64,000 bases of DNA, taken from assembly GCA_965248925.1 (NCBI GenBank), contig CBDFLE010000006.1:2208001-2272000 (forward strand), written 5' to 3'. Both the position numbers and the translations under genes were made by a program. Under the pieces are notes generated by a model. The model was not told the origin of the DNA. It did not search any database and saw only the letters and a program-made list of their open reading frames with translations. Of this stretch, positions 56,162-64,000 are shown in pieces; position 1 is the stretch's first letter; each line of letters begins with the position of its first letter. This DNA comes from Candidatus Multivoradales bacterium (lineage in GTDB: Bacteria; Acidobacteriota; Thermoanaerobaculia; Multivoradales; J023).

Positions 56162-56512
56162 TCATTCGCCGAGAACGGTGACCTGACGGGCCTGCGCTCC
56201 TCGCGGCCCGTCGACAATTTCAAAACTGACCAGGGCGCCTTCGGCGAGAAAATCGTCCTCGCCGACGATCTCGCTGTGGTGAAAGAACACGTCTTTCCCA
56301 TCGTCTTTCAGTGCCAGAAAACCGTAGCCTTTGGCCAAGCTGTACCACTTGACCCGGCCTTGTCGTAGAGTGGCATTCGCGACCTTCCCTGACCTGGCTT
56401 TCCCAGCTGCCGTCTTGTCGGACACAGCCTTGTCGGACACAGCCTTGTCGGACACAGCCTTGTCGGACACAGCCTTGGCGGACTGTAGATCAACCATCGG
56501 AAACCTCCTCAT
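56162..56512 (-). CDS. Cold-shock domain protein with repetitive N-terminal extension; start 56512 or 56497
   Basis: GRVKWY..KGYGFL, DVFFHHS, GPRG.QA. Confidence 0.88.
   Translation of the reverse strand: MRRFPMVDLQSAKAVSDKAVSDKAVSDKAVSDKTAAGKARSGKVANATLRQGRVKWYSLAKGYGFLALKDDGKDVFFHHSEIVGEDDFLAEGALVSFEIVDGPRGAQARQVTVLGE
56414..56483. repeat. 15-bp tandem repeat, 4 perfect copies plus a degenerate partial copy
   Basis: (CTTGTCGGACACAGC)x4 then CTTGGCGGAC; encodes KAVSD repeats. Confidence 0.95.
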
Positions 56513-56709
56513 CGCTCGCCGAGCTGAGCGCTTGGCGAACCTTCCGCCGGCTCAAGAAGGTCGGTCGGCACAACCCACATTCTTCTACACCAGCGATTGC
56601 TACAGACAACCGTCCTACGTAGCTGGCTTATTCCGTGCTCGGCTCGAGGGTCTCTCGCAGCCGCGGGCGAGAATGGCGAACTCGTCGTCGCGGGGGAAGG
56701 AGGGGATGA

Positions 56710-56797
56710 TGGTGCCGAAGGTCGGACTCGAACCGACACGGAGTTTCCTCCACACGGCCCTCAACCGTGCGCGTCTACCAAATTCCGCCACTTCGGC
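56710..56797 (-). tRNA. tRNA-Leu(GAG)
   Basis: GCCGAAGTGGCGGAATTTGGTAGACGCG CACGG-TTGAGGG-CCGTG, long variable arm, GTTCGAG, CCA; downstream of secG. Confidence 0.95.
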
Positions 56798-56808
56798 TTC
56801 AATGCGAG

Positions 56809-56837
56809 ATTCTAGTGGCCCTTTGAGCGCTAGGCAA
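56809..56837 (-). promoter_or_regulatory. Candidate tRNA-Leu promoter
   Basis: TTGCCT-N17-TAGAAT ending 11 nt before the tRNA. Confidence 0.6.
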
Positions 56838-56863
56838 GCAGCGAAAAGGGGCCGGCGACGATC

Positions 56864-57352
56864 TCATCCGTCGTTTGGTATTTCTGCCGTAGTTTTTCCG
56901 TCGGCACCTTCTTCAGCAGCATCAGCATCAGTGGCATCATCAGCCGTTGGACCCGTGCTCGCCGCCTCTTCCGCTGCCGCAGCTGCTGCTTCAGGAGTCT
57001 CGGTGGCGGCTTCGAGTGCGCCGACCGGCTCGGCCACCTCAGCCGCTTCCTCGCCGTCCGCGGCTGCCGTCGCTTCTTGCTCCGCGGCCGCAGTCTCCAG
57101 GTCACTCATGACCGAGCTACCCGTACCGCCACCGAGAAAAATGCCAATCATCATCGTGGTGACAATAAAAGCGACAAACGAAAACACCGTTAGCTTATGC
57201 AACACGGTGGCCGCGCCGCGGGCGCCAAAGGCGGTCATCGTGCCACCACCTCCGAACACCGACAAGTCGGCCCCTTTGCCCTGCTGCAGCAGGACTACCA
57301 GGATGAGGAAGATGCAGATCAGGATGTGCAGAGTGTAAAGCAGCGCTAACAT
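56864..57352 (-). CDS. secG: Preprotein translocase SecG with long acidic tail
   Basis: LILVVLLQQGKGADL..FGGG; tpiA-secG-tRNA-Leu synteny. Confidence 0.92.
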   Translation of the reverse strand: MLALLYTLHILICIFLILVVLLQQGKGADLSVFGGGGTMTAFGARGAATVLHKLTVFSFVAFIVTTMMIGIFLGGGTGSSVMSDLETAAAEQEATAAADGEEAAEVAEPVGALEAATETPEAAAAAAEEAASTGPTADDATDADAAEEGADGKTTAEIPNDG

Positions 57353-57417
57353 GGTCTTGCTGTTCCTTGGGCTCGTCGTCGGCTATCGTCGTCGGCAATC
57401 GGTTGAGACTGGGCGCT

Positions 57418-58176
57418 TCAAGCGCAGCGGCCAATCATATCCAGGAATTTCCCCACGTCAAGGCCGGCTCCACCTACCAAGAAGCCGTCGATATCGGGTT
57501 CGACGATCAACTCGGCGACATTTTGCGGTTTGGCCGAGCCGCCATAGAGCAAGCGCAGCGCGGCCGCGCGCTCCTCGCCAAGCCCTTCTTCCAGGCGGCG
57601 GCGCAAGAAGGCGTGGGCCTGTTGGGCGATCCGCGGAGTCGCAGTCTCACCGCTGCCGATCGCCCACACCGGCTCGTAGGCGAGTTCGAAGCGCGGCGGC
57701 GGATCGTCCAGCAGATCCTTCAGCTGGCGATCAAGGATCTCCCAAGTCCGACCCGTCTGGCGTTGCTCGGCGGTCTCGCCAACACAGACCAGCGGGCACA
57801 AGCCAGCGGCGGCGGCGGCCCTGGCCTGGGCGGCCACTTGGCTGTCGCCCTCACCGTGGTCCTGGCGCCGTTCACTGTGCCCACAGAGCACCCAAGTGCA
57901 GCCGACATCGACCAACTGCGCGGCCGACAAATCACCAGTGTGGGCCCCCTGAGCCGCTGGATGCAGAGCCTGTCCGCCACACTCCGCCGCCGAGCCGGCG
58001 AGCGCCGTGGCGACGGTTTCGAGTGCGGTGGCCGAGGGAAAGATCAACACTTCAGGCATCGCTTCACTCAGTCCGGCAACCAATTGGCGGCAGAATTCCG
58101 CCGCCTCGTCGCGCAGCTTATGCATCTTCCAGTTCGCCGCCAGGATTAGCCGGCGTGCTCTCGTTTGTTCGCTCAT
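57418..58176 (-). CDS. tpiA: Triosephosphate isomerase
   Basis: ANWKM, GHSERR, AYEPVWAIG, YGGS, LVGGA. Confidence 0.95.
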   Translation of the reverse strand: MSEQTRARRLILAANWKMHKLRDEAAEFCRQLVAGLSEAMPEVLIFPSATALETVATALAGSAAECGGQALHPAAQGAHTGDLSAAQLVDVGCTWVLCGHSERRQDHGEGDSQVAAQARAAAAAGLCPLVCVGETAEQRQTGRTWEILDRQLKDLLDDPPPRFELAYEPVWAIGSGETATPRIAQQAHAFLRRRLEEGLGEERAAALRLLYGGSAKPQNVAELIVEPDIDGFLVGGAGLDVGKFLDMIGRCA

Positions 58177-59390
58177 GATTTCTTCTCCAGCACCACTAGT
58201 GCCGGCAGCGCTTTGCCGGCCAGCAAGGCCAGGGAAGCACCGCCACCGGTAGATACGTGTCCCAAACCTGCTTCGGCGCCGGCCCGGCGCACCGCCGCCA
58301 CCGTCTCGCCGCCACCGACGACGGTGAATCCGGGGCACGTTGCCAGGCTGCTAGCGATCGCCTCGGTACCCGCATCAAAGGGGGGCTGCTCGAAGACCCC
58401 CAACGGCCCATTCCAGAACAAGCTACCGGCGGTGGCCACCGCGGCGACGAATCGGTGGCGGGAATCTTCGCCAATATCGACCGCCAGCATGCCGCCCGGC
58501 ACCACCGCCACCGCCACCGTCTCGATGCGCTGGGGCGCCGCCAGGTCGTCAGTGACTACCAAGTCAGTTGGCAACAGCACCTCGGTACCGGCCGCCGCGG
58601 CTCTGCTGAGGATCTCACGCGCGACCTCGTAGCGCTCGGGCTCGACCAATGACTTGGCCAGGTCGAGACCCTGGCCAGCTGCCAAGAAGGTGTTGGCCAT
58701 GCCACCGCCGAGCAGCAGCTTGTCGAGCCGCGGCAGCAAATTGAGCAAAGTATCGATCTTACCGCTGATCTTGGCACCGCCTAGAATGCCGATGAAAGGC
58801 CGGCGCGGTGTGGCGAGCAAGCGGCTCAGGATCTCAACCTCGCGCACCAATAAGCGACCTGCGGCCCGGCACGGCACCCTCTCGGCCACTCCCACCACCG
58901 AGGCATGGGCGCGATGGGCTGTGCCGAAGGCGTCGTTGATGTAAACCTCGGCATGCTCGGCCAACCGGGCGGCAAACTCTCCCTCATTGGCCTTCTCAGC
59001 GGCGTGGAAGCGGAGGTTCTCAAGCAAAGTCACCGTACCCGGTGTGGTTGCCTCGACCGCTCGCCGGGCAGCCTCACCGACGCAATCCGCGGCAAATCCC
59101 ACCTTCTGGCCCAGCAGCTTACCGAGGTGCTCGGCCACCGGTCGCAGGCTGAGTTCAGCGCGGGGCTCACCCTGCGGGCGGCCACAATGGGAAATCAGCA
59201 CCAGCCGCGCCCGCGCCGCCAACAGCTGACGAATCGTCGGCATGGCTTGCTCCAGACGGCTGGCGTCCATAACCCGCCGGCCACCGCCAGCGCTCTCCTC
59301 CAGGGGTACATTGAAATCAACCCGCAGCAACACCCGGCGACCGTCGAGATCGGCGAGGGTGAGGTCGTCAAGGGTGTGGATCGGCTTCAT
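58173..59390 (-). CDS. pgk: Phosphoglycerate kinase
   Basis: RVDFNVP, LLENLRF, NDAFGTAHRAHAS, WNGPLGVFE, STGGGASL. Confidence 0.96.
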   Translation of the reverse strand: MKPIHTLDDLTLADLDGRRVLLRVDFNVPLEESAGGGRRVMDASRLEQAMPTIRQLLAARARLVLISHCGRPQGEPRAELSLRPVAEHLGKLLGQKVGFAADCVGEAARRAVEATTPGTVTLLENLRFHAAEKANEGEFAARLAEHAEVYINDAFGTAHRAHASVVGVAERVPCRAAGRLLVREVEILSRLLATPRRPFIGILGGAKISGKIDTLLNLLPRLDKLLLGGGMANTFLAAGQGLDLAKSLVEPERYEVAREILSRAAAAGTEVLLPTDLVVTDDLAAPQRIETVAVAVVPGGMLAVDIGEDSRHRFVAAVATAGSLFWNGPLGVFEQPPFDAGTEAIASSLATCPGFTVVGGGETVAAVRRAGAEAGLGHVSTGGGASLALLAGKALPALVVLEKKS

Positions 59391-60394
59391 CAGAGGTCCT
59401 TCCCCATCATGGTCAACAGGTCGGCGAGGCGCTCGGCGTAGCCCCATTCATTGTCGTACCAGGCCACTATTCGGTAGAGATCGGTGCCGGCACGGCTCAT
59501 CAAAGGCAGATCGACCAGCGCCGAGTAGGGTTCTCCGTTCAGGTCGCTCGACACCAGCTCCTCTTCGCTCACCGCCAGCAAACCGGCCAGGTCGCCCGCC
59601 GCCGCGGCGCGAAACGCGGCAGTGAGTTGGTCCAACCGAGGCGGTCGTTCGAGCCGGGCCACCACATCGAGCAACGCCACATTGGGAGTCGGCACCCGCA
59701 CCGCGTGACCGGCCAGCCGCCCAGCCAATCGCGGTAAGAGCCGCTCGGTCGCCGCCGGCGCCGCGGTCGGAGTGGGCACGATATTGATCGCCGCCGCCCG
59801 GCCACGGCGCGGGTCGCGGTGACCACCATCCACCAGCCTTTGATCGGCGGTGTAGCTATGCACCTCGTTCATCAAAGCGCTGGCAACACCAAAAGAATCG
59901 TCGAGTACCCGCAGTAAGAGGGCCAAGCAGTTAGTGGTACAGGAAGCGTTCGACACCACATGGTGGTTCCGCGAATCATAGTCGGCCTCATTGATGCCCA
60001 GACAGAGAGTGACATCGGCCTGCTCGGCAATTGCCGACACCACCACCTTACGCACCGTGCCGCCGAGATGCTCGGCGGCCAACCGACCTCGGGTCGCCCG
60101 GCCGCTGGATTCGACCACCAGCAATGCCCCGCTATCGCTCCACGGCACCTTCGCCGGCTGCGGGATCCGGTGCACCGGCACTCGCCGACCATCGATGTCG
60201 AGGGCCCCATCGACCGCCCGCACCTCGCCATCGAAGCGCCCATGCACTGAGTCACGGCGCAGCAAGCGTGCCAGGCTGGCAGGATCGAGCAAGTCGTTGA
60301 TTGCCACTAACTCGAGTTCTGGCCGGTGTGCAGCGATGCGGACCAAGGCACGACCGATGCGGCCGAGACCGTTGATGGCGAAGGGCAAAGACAT
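59390..60394 (-). CDS. gap: Type I glyceraldehyde-3-phosphate dehydrogenase (divergent)
   Basis: INGLGRIGR, NASCTTNCL, RVPTPNV, WYDNEWGY. Confidence 0.9.
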   Translation of the reverse strand: MSLPFAINGLGRIGRALVRIAAHRPELELVAINDLLDPASLARLLRRDSVHGRFDGEVRAVDGALDIDGRRVPVHRIPQPAKVPWSDSGALLVVESSGRATRGRLAAEHLGGTVRKVVVSAIAEQADVTLCLGINEADYDSRNHHVVSNASCTTNCLALLLRVLDDSFGVASALMNEVHSYTADQRLVDGGHRDPRRGRAAAINIVPTPTAAPAATERLLPRLAGRLAGHAVRVPTPNVALLDVVARLERPPRLDQLTAAFRAAAAGDLAGLLAVSEEELVSSDLNGEPYSALVDLPLMSRAGTDLYRIVAWYDNEWGYAERLADLLTMMGKDL

Positions 60395-60478
60395 AGTGGC
60401 GCGGAAGTCTACAGCGACGGCGTAGAATCTTGCACGGAGAATCCACTCGAGACCGCTGCCAGATACCGATCCGAGTTT

Positions 60479-60494
60479 GGGCACGGGGCTTGCT
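60479..60494 (+). promoter_or_regulatory. Candidate sigma54 (-24/-12) promoter upstream of the sensor kinase
   Basis: GGGCACG-GGGC-TTGCT. Confidence 0.55.
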
Positions 60495-60565
60495 TGAATG
60501 CCCTTAACAGCGCACCCGCGAGACTCGACATGACAAGGCTCGCGAGGCCGTGCTCCGAGGTGAGA

Positions 60566-62110
60566 ATGTCACTGCGCACCCGCTTGTTCCTGATTTTCGG
60601 CGCCCTACTAGCGGCGTTGGTGTTGGCCCAATGGTGGCTGACCCGCACCTTGACTCGCGAGCTGCGTAACGAAATCGGCGAAGTCGCAACCCAGGCGGCA
60701 AGTTCGACGGCAGCACTCTTCTTCAATGAACAAGACTGCGATGAACCTCCTTGCGTCCCATCGCAGATCCACTCGGCCAGCAACCTCGACATTCGAGTGG
60801 TTCGCCTGGGAGCCAATGACCCGAGCCTACTGTGGGTCGACGCCGACGACGGCTCAATCTCACAACTGATGCGACAGCTGATCGCCAGAGATGCCGGCAA
60901 ACTCTCGCCAGAGCTGATTGAAAGACTCCACCAGCTCGAACCTGACCGACGGCCGAAGGTACTGTCCTACAGCTTCGAGTCCCGCCACGGCGACAGCCAA
61001 GAGGTTCAACGGACAGAGTGGATAAGTCGCTACCCACCGCACTCCGAAGACGACCAGGAGCACAGTGTCGTCGCCCTTGAAGGCCCTGGGCTTCGACGAT
61101 CCTTCGCCATCCCAGAAGCCGGGCTGCGGTCCAAGATGGAGGCTTTCTCGCGCAACCTGCTCTTGGGCTCGCTGGCGGTGTTGCTGGTCGGTCTGAGCTT
61201 GGCCGCGGCGGTGGCCTATCGGGTCACGCGGCCACTGCGGCAGCTGTCAGCGGCTGCTCGCCAGATCGGTGGGGGCGCCTTCGGCACTCAGGTCACCGCC
61301 GTTCCGGGGGGCGAAGTCGGCGAGGCCCTCGAGGCTTTTAATTACATGTCGCGTCGCGTCGCCCAACTCGATGCCGAGGCGCACCGACTCACCGCCCGCC
61401 AGCACCTCGGCGAGATCGGCGAGATCGCCCGCGGCCTCGCCCACTCGCTGCGCAACCCGCTCAACGCCCTGGGGTTGTCGATCGAAGAACTCGCCGCCCG
61501 CGGCGACGGCAACAGCGACGACAGCGATAGCAGCCAAGCGCTAGCCGAGTCAGCCCGCCGCCAGGTACGACGCATCGACGACTCGATTCGCTCCTTTCTG
61601 GCACTGGCCAGCCAGGGTGGCGGCAGGGTCGAAAGGCTCGATCTGGTCGGCCTGCTGCGCGATGTCAGCCTCGAAGCGCTGCAAGACGGCCGCAGCCGAG
61701 TACGAATCGAGGTACCGAGCGAACTCGAAGCCGCCGAGCTGCAAGGCATCGAGGCCGAGCTGCGGGCGGTGATCCAGGCCCTGGTGGTCAACGCCGTCGA
61801 GGCCAGTCCCGACGGCGCCAAGGTAGAGGCGCGGGTAGACTTTGAGAGTGCCGCCGGCGGTTTTCGTCTGCAAGTCGCCGACCGCGGTCCGGGGCTACCG
61901 GCCGCAGTACGGGAGCGCCTTTTCACCCCCCATCTGACCACCAAGGCCCACGGTTCGGGCATGGGCCTCTACTTGGCCCACCGCATTGCCCAGACCCGCT
62001 ATGGCGGCCATCTCGAGCTGCTCGATCGCGACGGCGGCGGCACCCTGGCGGTGCTCGTGCTGAGTTCGCGAGTCGACGAGACCGACTCCAGGGAGGCGAG
62101 CAATGACTGA
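60566..62110 (+). CDS. Membrane sensor histidine kinase with HAMP domain
   Basis: Two TM helices, HAMP, H-box LAHSLRNPL, NAVEA, DRGPG, GSGMGL. Confidence 0.92.
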   Translation: MSLRTRLFLIFGALLAALVLAQWWLTRTLTRELRNEIGEVATQAASSTAALFFNEQDCDEPPCVPSQIHSASNLDIRVVRLGANDPSLLWVDADDGSISQLMRQLIARDAGKLSPELIERLHQLEPDRRPKVLSYSFESRHGDSQEVQRTEWISRYPPHSEDDQEHSVVALEGPGLRRSFAIPEAGLRSKMEAFSRNLLLGSLAVLLVGLSLAAAVAYRVTRPLRQLSAAARQIGGGAFGTQVTAVPGGEVGEALEAFNYMSRRVAQLDAEAHRLTARQHLGEIGEIARGLAHSLRNPLNALGLSIEELAARGDGNSDDSDSSQALAESARRQVRRIDDSIRSFLALASQGGGRVERLDLVGLLRDVSLEALQDGRSRVRIEVPSELEAAELQGIEAELRAVIQALVVNAVEASPDGAKVEARVDFESAAGGFRLQVADRGPGLPAAVRERLFTPHLTTKAHGSGMGLYLAHRIAQTRYGGHLELLDRDGGGTLAVLVLSSRVDETDSREASND

Positions 62111-63479
62111 CGGTAGGGTGGCAAAACAGCGAGTCTTGGTGGTCGAAGACGAAGCCGATCAGCGGCAGCTGGTGGCTTCGATTCTCAGCCATGCCGGCTA
62201 TCTGGTGGCACAAGCTAGCTGCCTCGAAGAAGCCCGCCTCGAACTCGACCACGCTCCCTTCGACATCGTTGTCGCCGACGGCAAACTGCCCGATGGCAAC
62301 GGCATCGATCTGCTGGTCGAACTGCGCGAGCGCAGCCAAGGCGGCCCCGCCTTCGTGCTGGTCACCGCCTACGGCACCATCTCGCGAGCCGTCGAGGCTG
62401 TGCGCCTCGGCGCCGACGACTACCTGAGCAAACCCTTCGAGCGCCAAACTCTGCTCTTGGCGATCGAGAAAGCGCTGCGCTCACACCGCCTGGAAGACGA
62501 GAACCGGCGCCTGGTAGAAGCCCTCGGCGAGCGCGATCGGTTGGTCGATCTGGTGGGCAGCGCCCCCAGCATGCAGCGCCTCTTCCGCCAAGTCGAAAAA
62601 CTCGCCGGCACCGCCGCCACCGTGCTGGTGGTGGGAGAGAGCGGCACCGGCAAAGAACTTGCCGCCCGCGCCCTGCACAGCCTGTCGCGACAGGCCGCCG
62701 GACCCTTCGTCGCCATCAACTGCGCAGCGGTGCCCGAGGGGCTGCTCGAGGCCGAGTTCTTTGGCGTCGAGAAAGGCGCCTTCACCGGCGCCGATCGCAG
62801 CCGCATGGGCCAGTTCGAGGCCGCCAGTGGCGGCACCCTCTTTCTCGACGAGATCGGCGAGCTGCCCTTGGCCCTGCAACCCAAGCTGCTACGCACCTTA
62901 CAAGAAGGCACCTACACCAGGATCGGCTCGACCCGCGAACGCCATGCCGAAGTGCGGCTGATCGCCGCCACCAATCGCAACTTGGCCACCGAAGTCGCCG
63001 CCGGTCGTTTTCGCCAAGACCTCTACTACCGGCTGGCGGTGGTGCCGATCGAGATGCCGCCACTACGCCAACGGCGCGAAGACCTACCGCTGCTGGTCGA
63101 GCATTTCGTGGCCCGCGCCGCCCGCCGCCACGGGGTACACGTCGAGCCGTTTTCCAAGTCGGTGATGAAGCGGCTGATCGACCACACCTGGCCGGGCAAC
63201 GTGCGCGAACTCGGCAACGCGATCGAGCGCTTGATACTGCTGGCCGAAGACGGTCGCGTCTCGACCGACGATCTACCTCTCGACATGGCCTCCTCCGCAA
63301 CGACCGAGAGTGCCTTTCGGCTACCGCCGGGAGGTCTTTCCTGGGAACGCCACGAGCGTCACTGCCTGGCTCAGGCGCTGGACCTTGCCGGCGGCAACCG
63401 CGCCCAAGCCGCCCGCTTGCTGGACCTACCCTACAAAGCCTTCCTCTATCGCCTGGAAAAACACCAACTGGACTCCTAA
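62103..63479 (+). CDS. sigma54-dependent NtrC-family response regulator
   Basis: Receiver domain, GESGTGKE, GAFTGA, FLDEIGE, WPGNVREL, Fis-type HTH. Confidence 0.95.
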   Translation: MTDGRVAKQRVLVVEDEADQRQLVASILSHAGYLVAQASCLEEARLELDHAPFDIVVADGKLPDGNGIDLLVELRERSQGGPAFVLVTAYGTISRAVEAVRLGADDYLSKPFERQTLLLAIEKALRSHRLEDENRRLVEALGERDRLVDLVGSAPSMQRLFRQVEKLAGTAATVLVVGESGTGKELAARALHSLSRQAAGPFVAINCAAVPEGLLEAEFFGVEKGAFTGADRSRMGQFEAASGGTLFLDEIGELPLALQPKLLRTLQEGTYTRIGSTRERHAEVRLIAATNRNLATEVAAGRFRQDLYYRLAVVPIEMPPLRQRREDLPLLVEHFVARAARRHGVHVEPFSKSVMKRLIDHTWPGNVRELGNAIERLILLAEDGRVSTDDLPLDMASSATTESAFRLPPGGLSWERHERHCLAQALDLAGGNRAQAARLLDLPYKAFLYRLEKHQLDS

Positions 63480-63592
63480 TGCCTCGAAACCCGCGGGCCA
63501 CGCCCGCCGAGAAAGACCCGATCTGAGGAACTGTCTCCCCATTTCGGGATACGATCTCGCCGGCGAAGCCCGGTTTCTTGGCCTGCTGTCGG

Positions 63593-63608
63593 TGGCACGC
63601 CCGTTGCT
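63593..63608 (+). promoter_or_regulatory. sigma54 (-24/-12) promoter
   Basis: TGGCACG-CCCG-TTGCT, a consensus match. Confidence 0.88.
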
Positions 63609-63658
63609 CTAGCAGCTCAATGTAACGAAACCAACCCACTGATCAAGGAGACCTGCAC

Positions 63659-64000
63659 ATGACCCAAACCACCCGACGCTTGCTACTCGCCTGCCTGACC
63701 CTTTCACTCTTGGCCTTGCTCGCCCTGCCGACCCTGGCCGACGACGTTCACGCCGAAGAAGTGCGCAAAGTCGTGCTCAAGATTCTCGCTGGCGACGAGT
63801 TGGTCGAACTCGACCTCTCCGAGCTAGAGATCGGCGAGTCGCAGCAGACCTACGCTGCCGACGGCACTCAAATCGTCGCCACTCGCACCGAAGACAGCTA
63901 CACCATCCAGGTAGGCGACGAAGAAGAGATCGTTGTGTCGACCGGTGGACATGGCGTGCATTTCAACGCCGGAGGTGGCGAAGGGCATCAGGTGATCATC
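63659..64000 (+). CDS. Secreted acidic hypothetical protein (runs off the window)
   Basis: Not in the ORF track. AAGGAG RBS; MTQTTRRLLLACLTLSLLALLALPTLA-DDVHAEE...; open to the window end. Confidence 0.8.
   Translation, partial: MTQTTRRLLLACLTLSLLALLALPTLADDVHAEEVRKVVLKILAGDELVELDLSELEIGESQQTYAADGTQIVATRTEDSYTIQVGDEEEIVVSTGGHGVHFNAGGGEGHQVII

Noticed and set aside
56414-56483. Possible CRISPR array
   Set aside because: Contiguous 15-bp repeats with no spacers and no cas genes
56513-56709. Possible integrated element or att site at the tRNA-Leu 3' end
   Set aside because: No duplicated tRNA end or integrase noticed; only a short structured spacer before the csp gene

Overview
GC-rich bacterial chromosome segment, mostly core genome. 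Probably Acidobacteriota; this is inferred from the GWxTD/VWA fusion protein and gene content and should be confirmed by classifying the 16S gene. Left to right: histidine utilisation cluster (hutF divergent from hutI-hutC-hutU, with a HutC operator); DUF3565-like gene; surface-glycan/LPS cluster (two GT2, GT4, WcaJ-like transferase, split HldE kinase and adenylyltransferase, heptosyltransferase); pilB; GWxTD-VWA protein; a structured non-coding interval; S9 peptidase; topA; a complete minus-strand rRNA operon (16S-tRNA-Ile-tRNA-Ala-23S-5S) with tandem promoters; purS-Q-L-F-M-N; two MBL-fold hydrolases; a TPR / unknown / metalloprotease-propeller-Omp85 cluster; dprA-trmFO-xerC-hslV-hslU; FN3 lipoprotein; degenerate ApbE; Fe3+ ABC transporter with a Fur-like box; gltA; mobA; cyclophilin; cold-shock protein with a tandem repeat; tRNA-Leu; secG-tpiA-pgk-gap; and a sigma54 two-component system followed by its probable target gene. 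I saw no CRISPR array, prophage or transposase. The best novelty candidates are an unannotated ~265-nt standalone sRNA with a C/U-rich terminator loop (17501-17763, minus strand), an AT-rich recombination-site-like palindrome near 5255-5303, the protease-propeller-Omp85 cluster and a probable ApbE pseudoenzyme. All product calls come from motif recognition by eye, without database searches.
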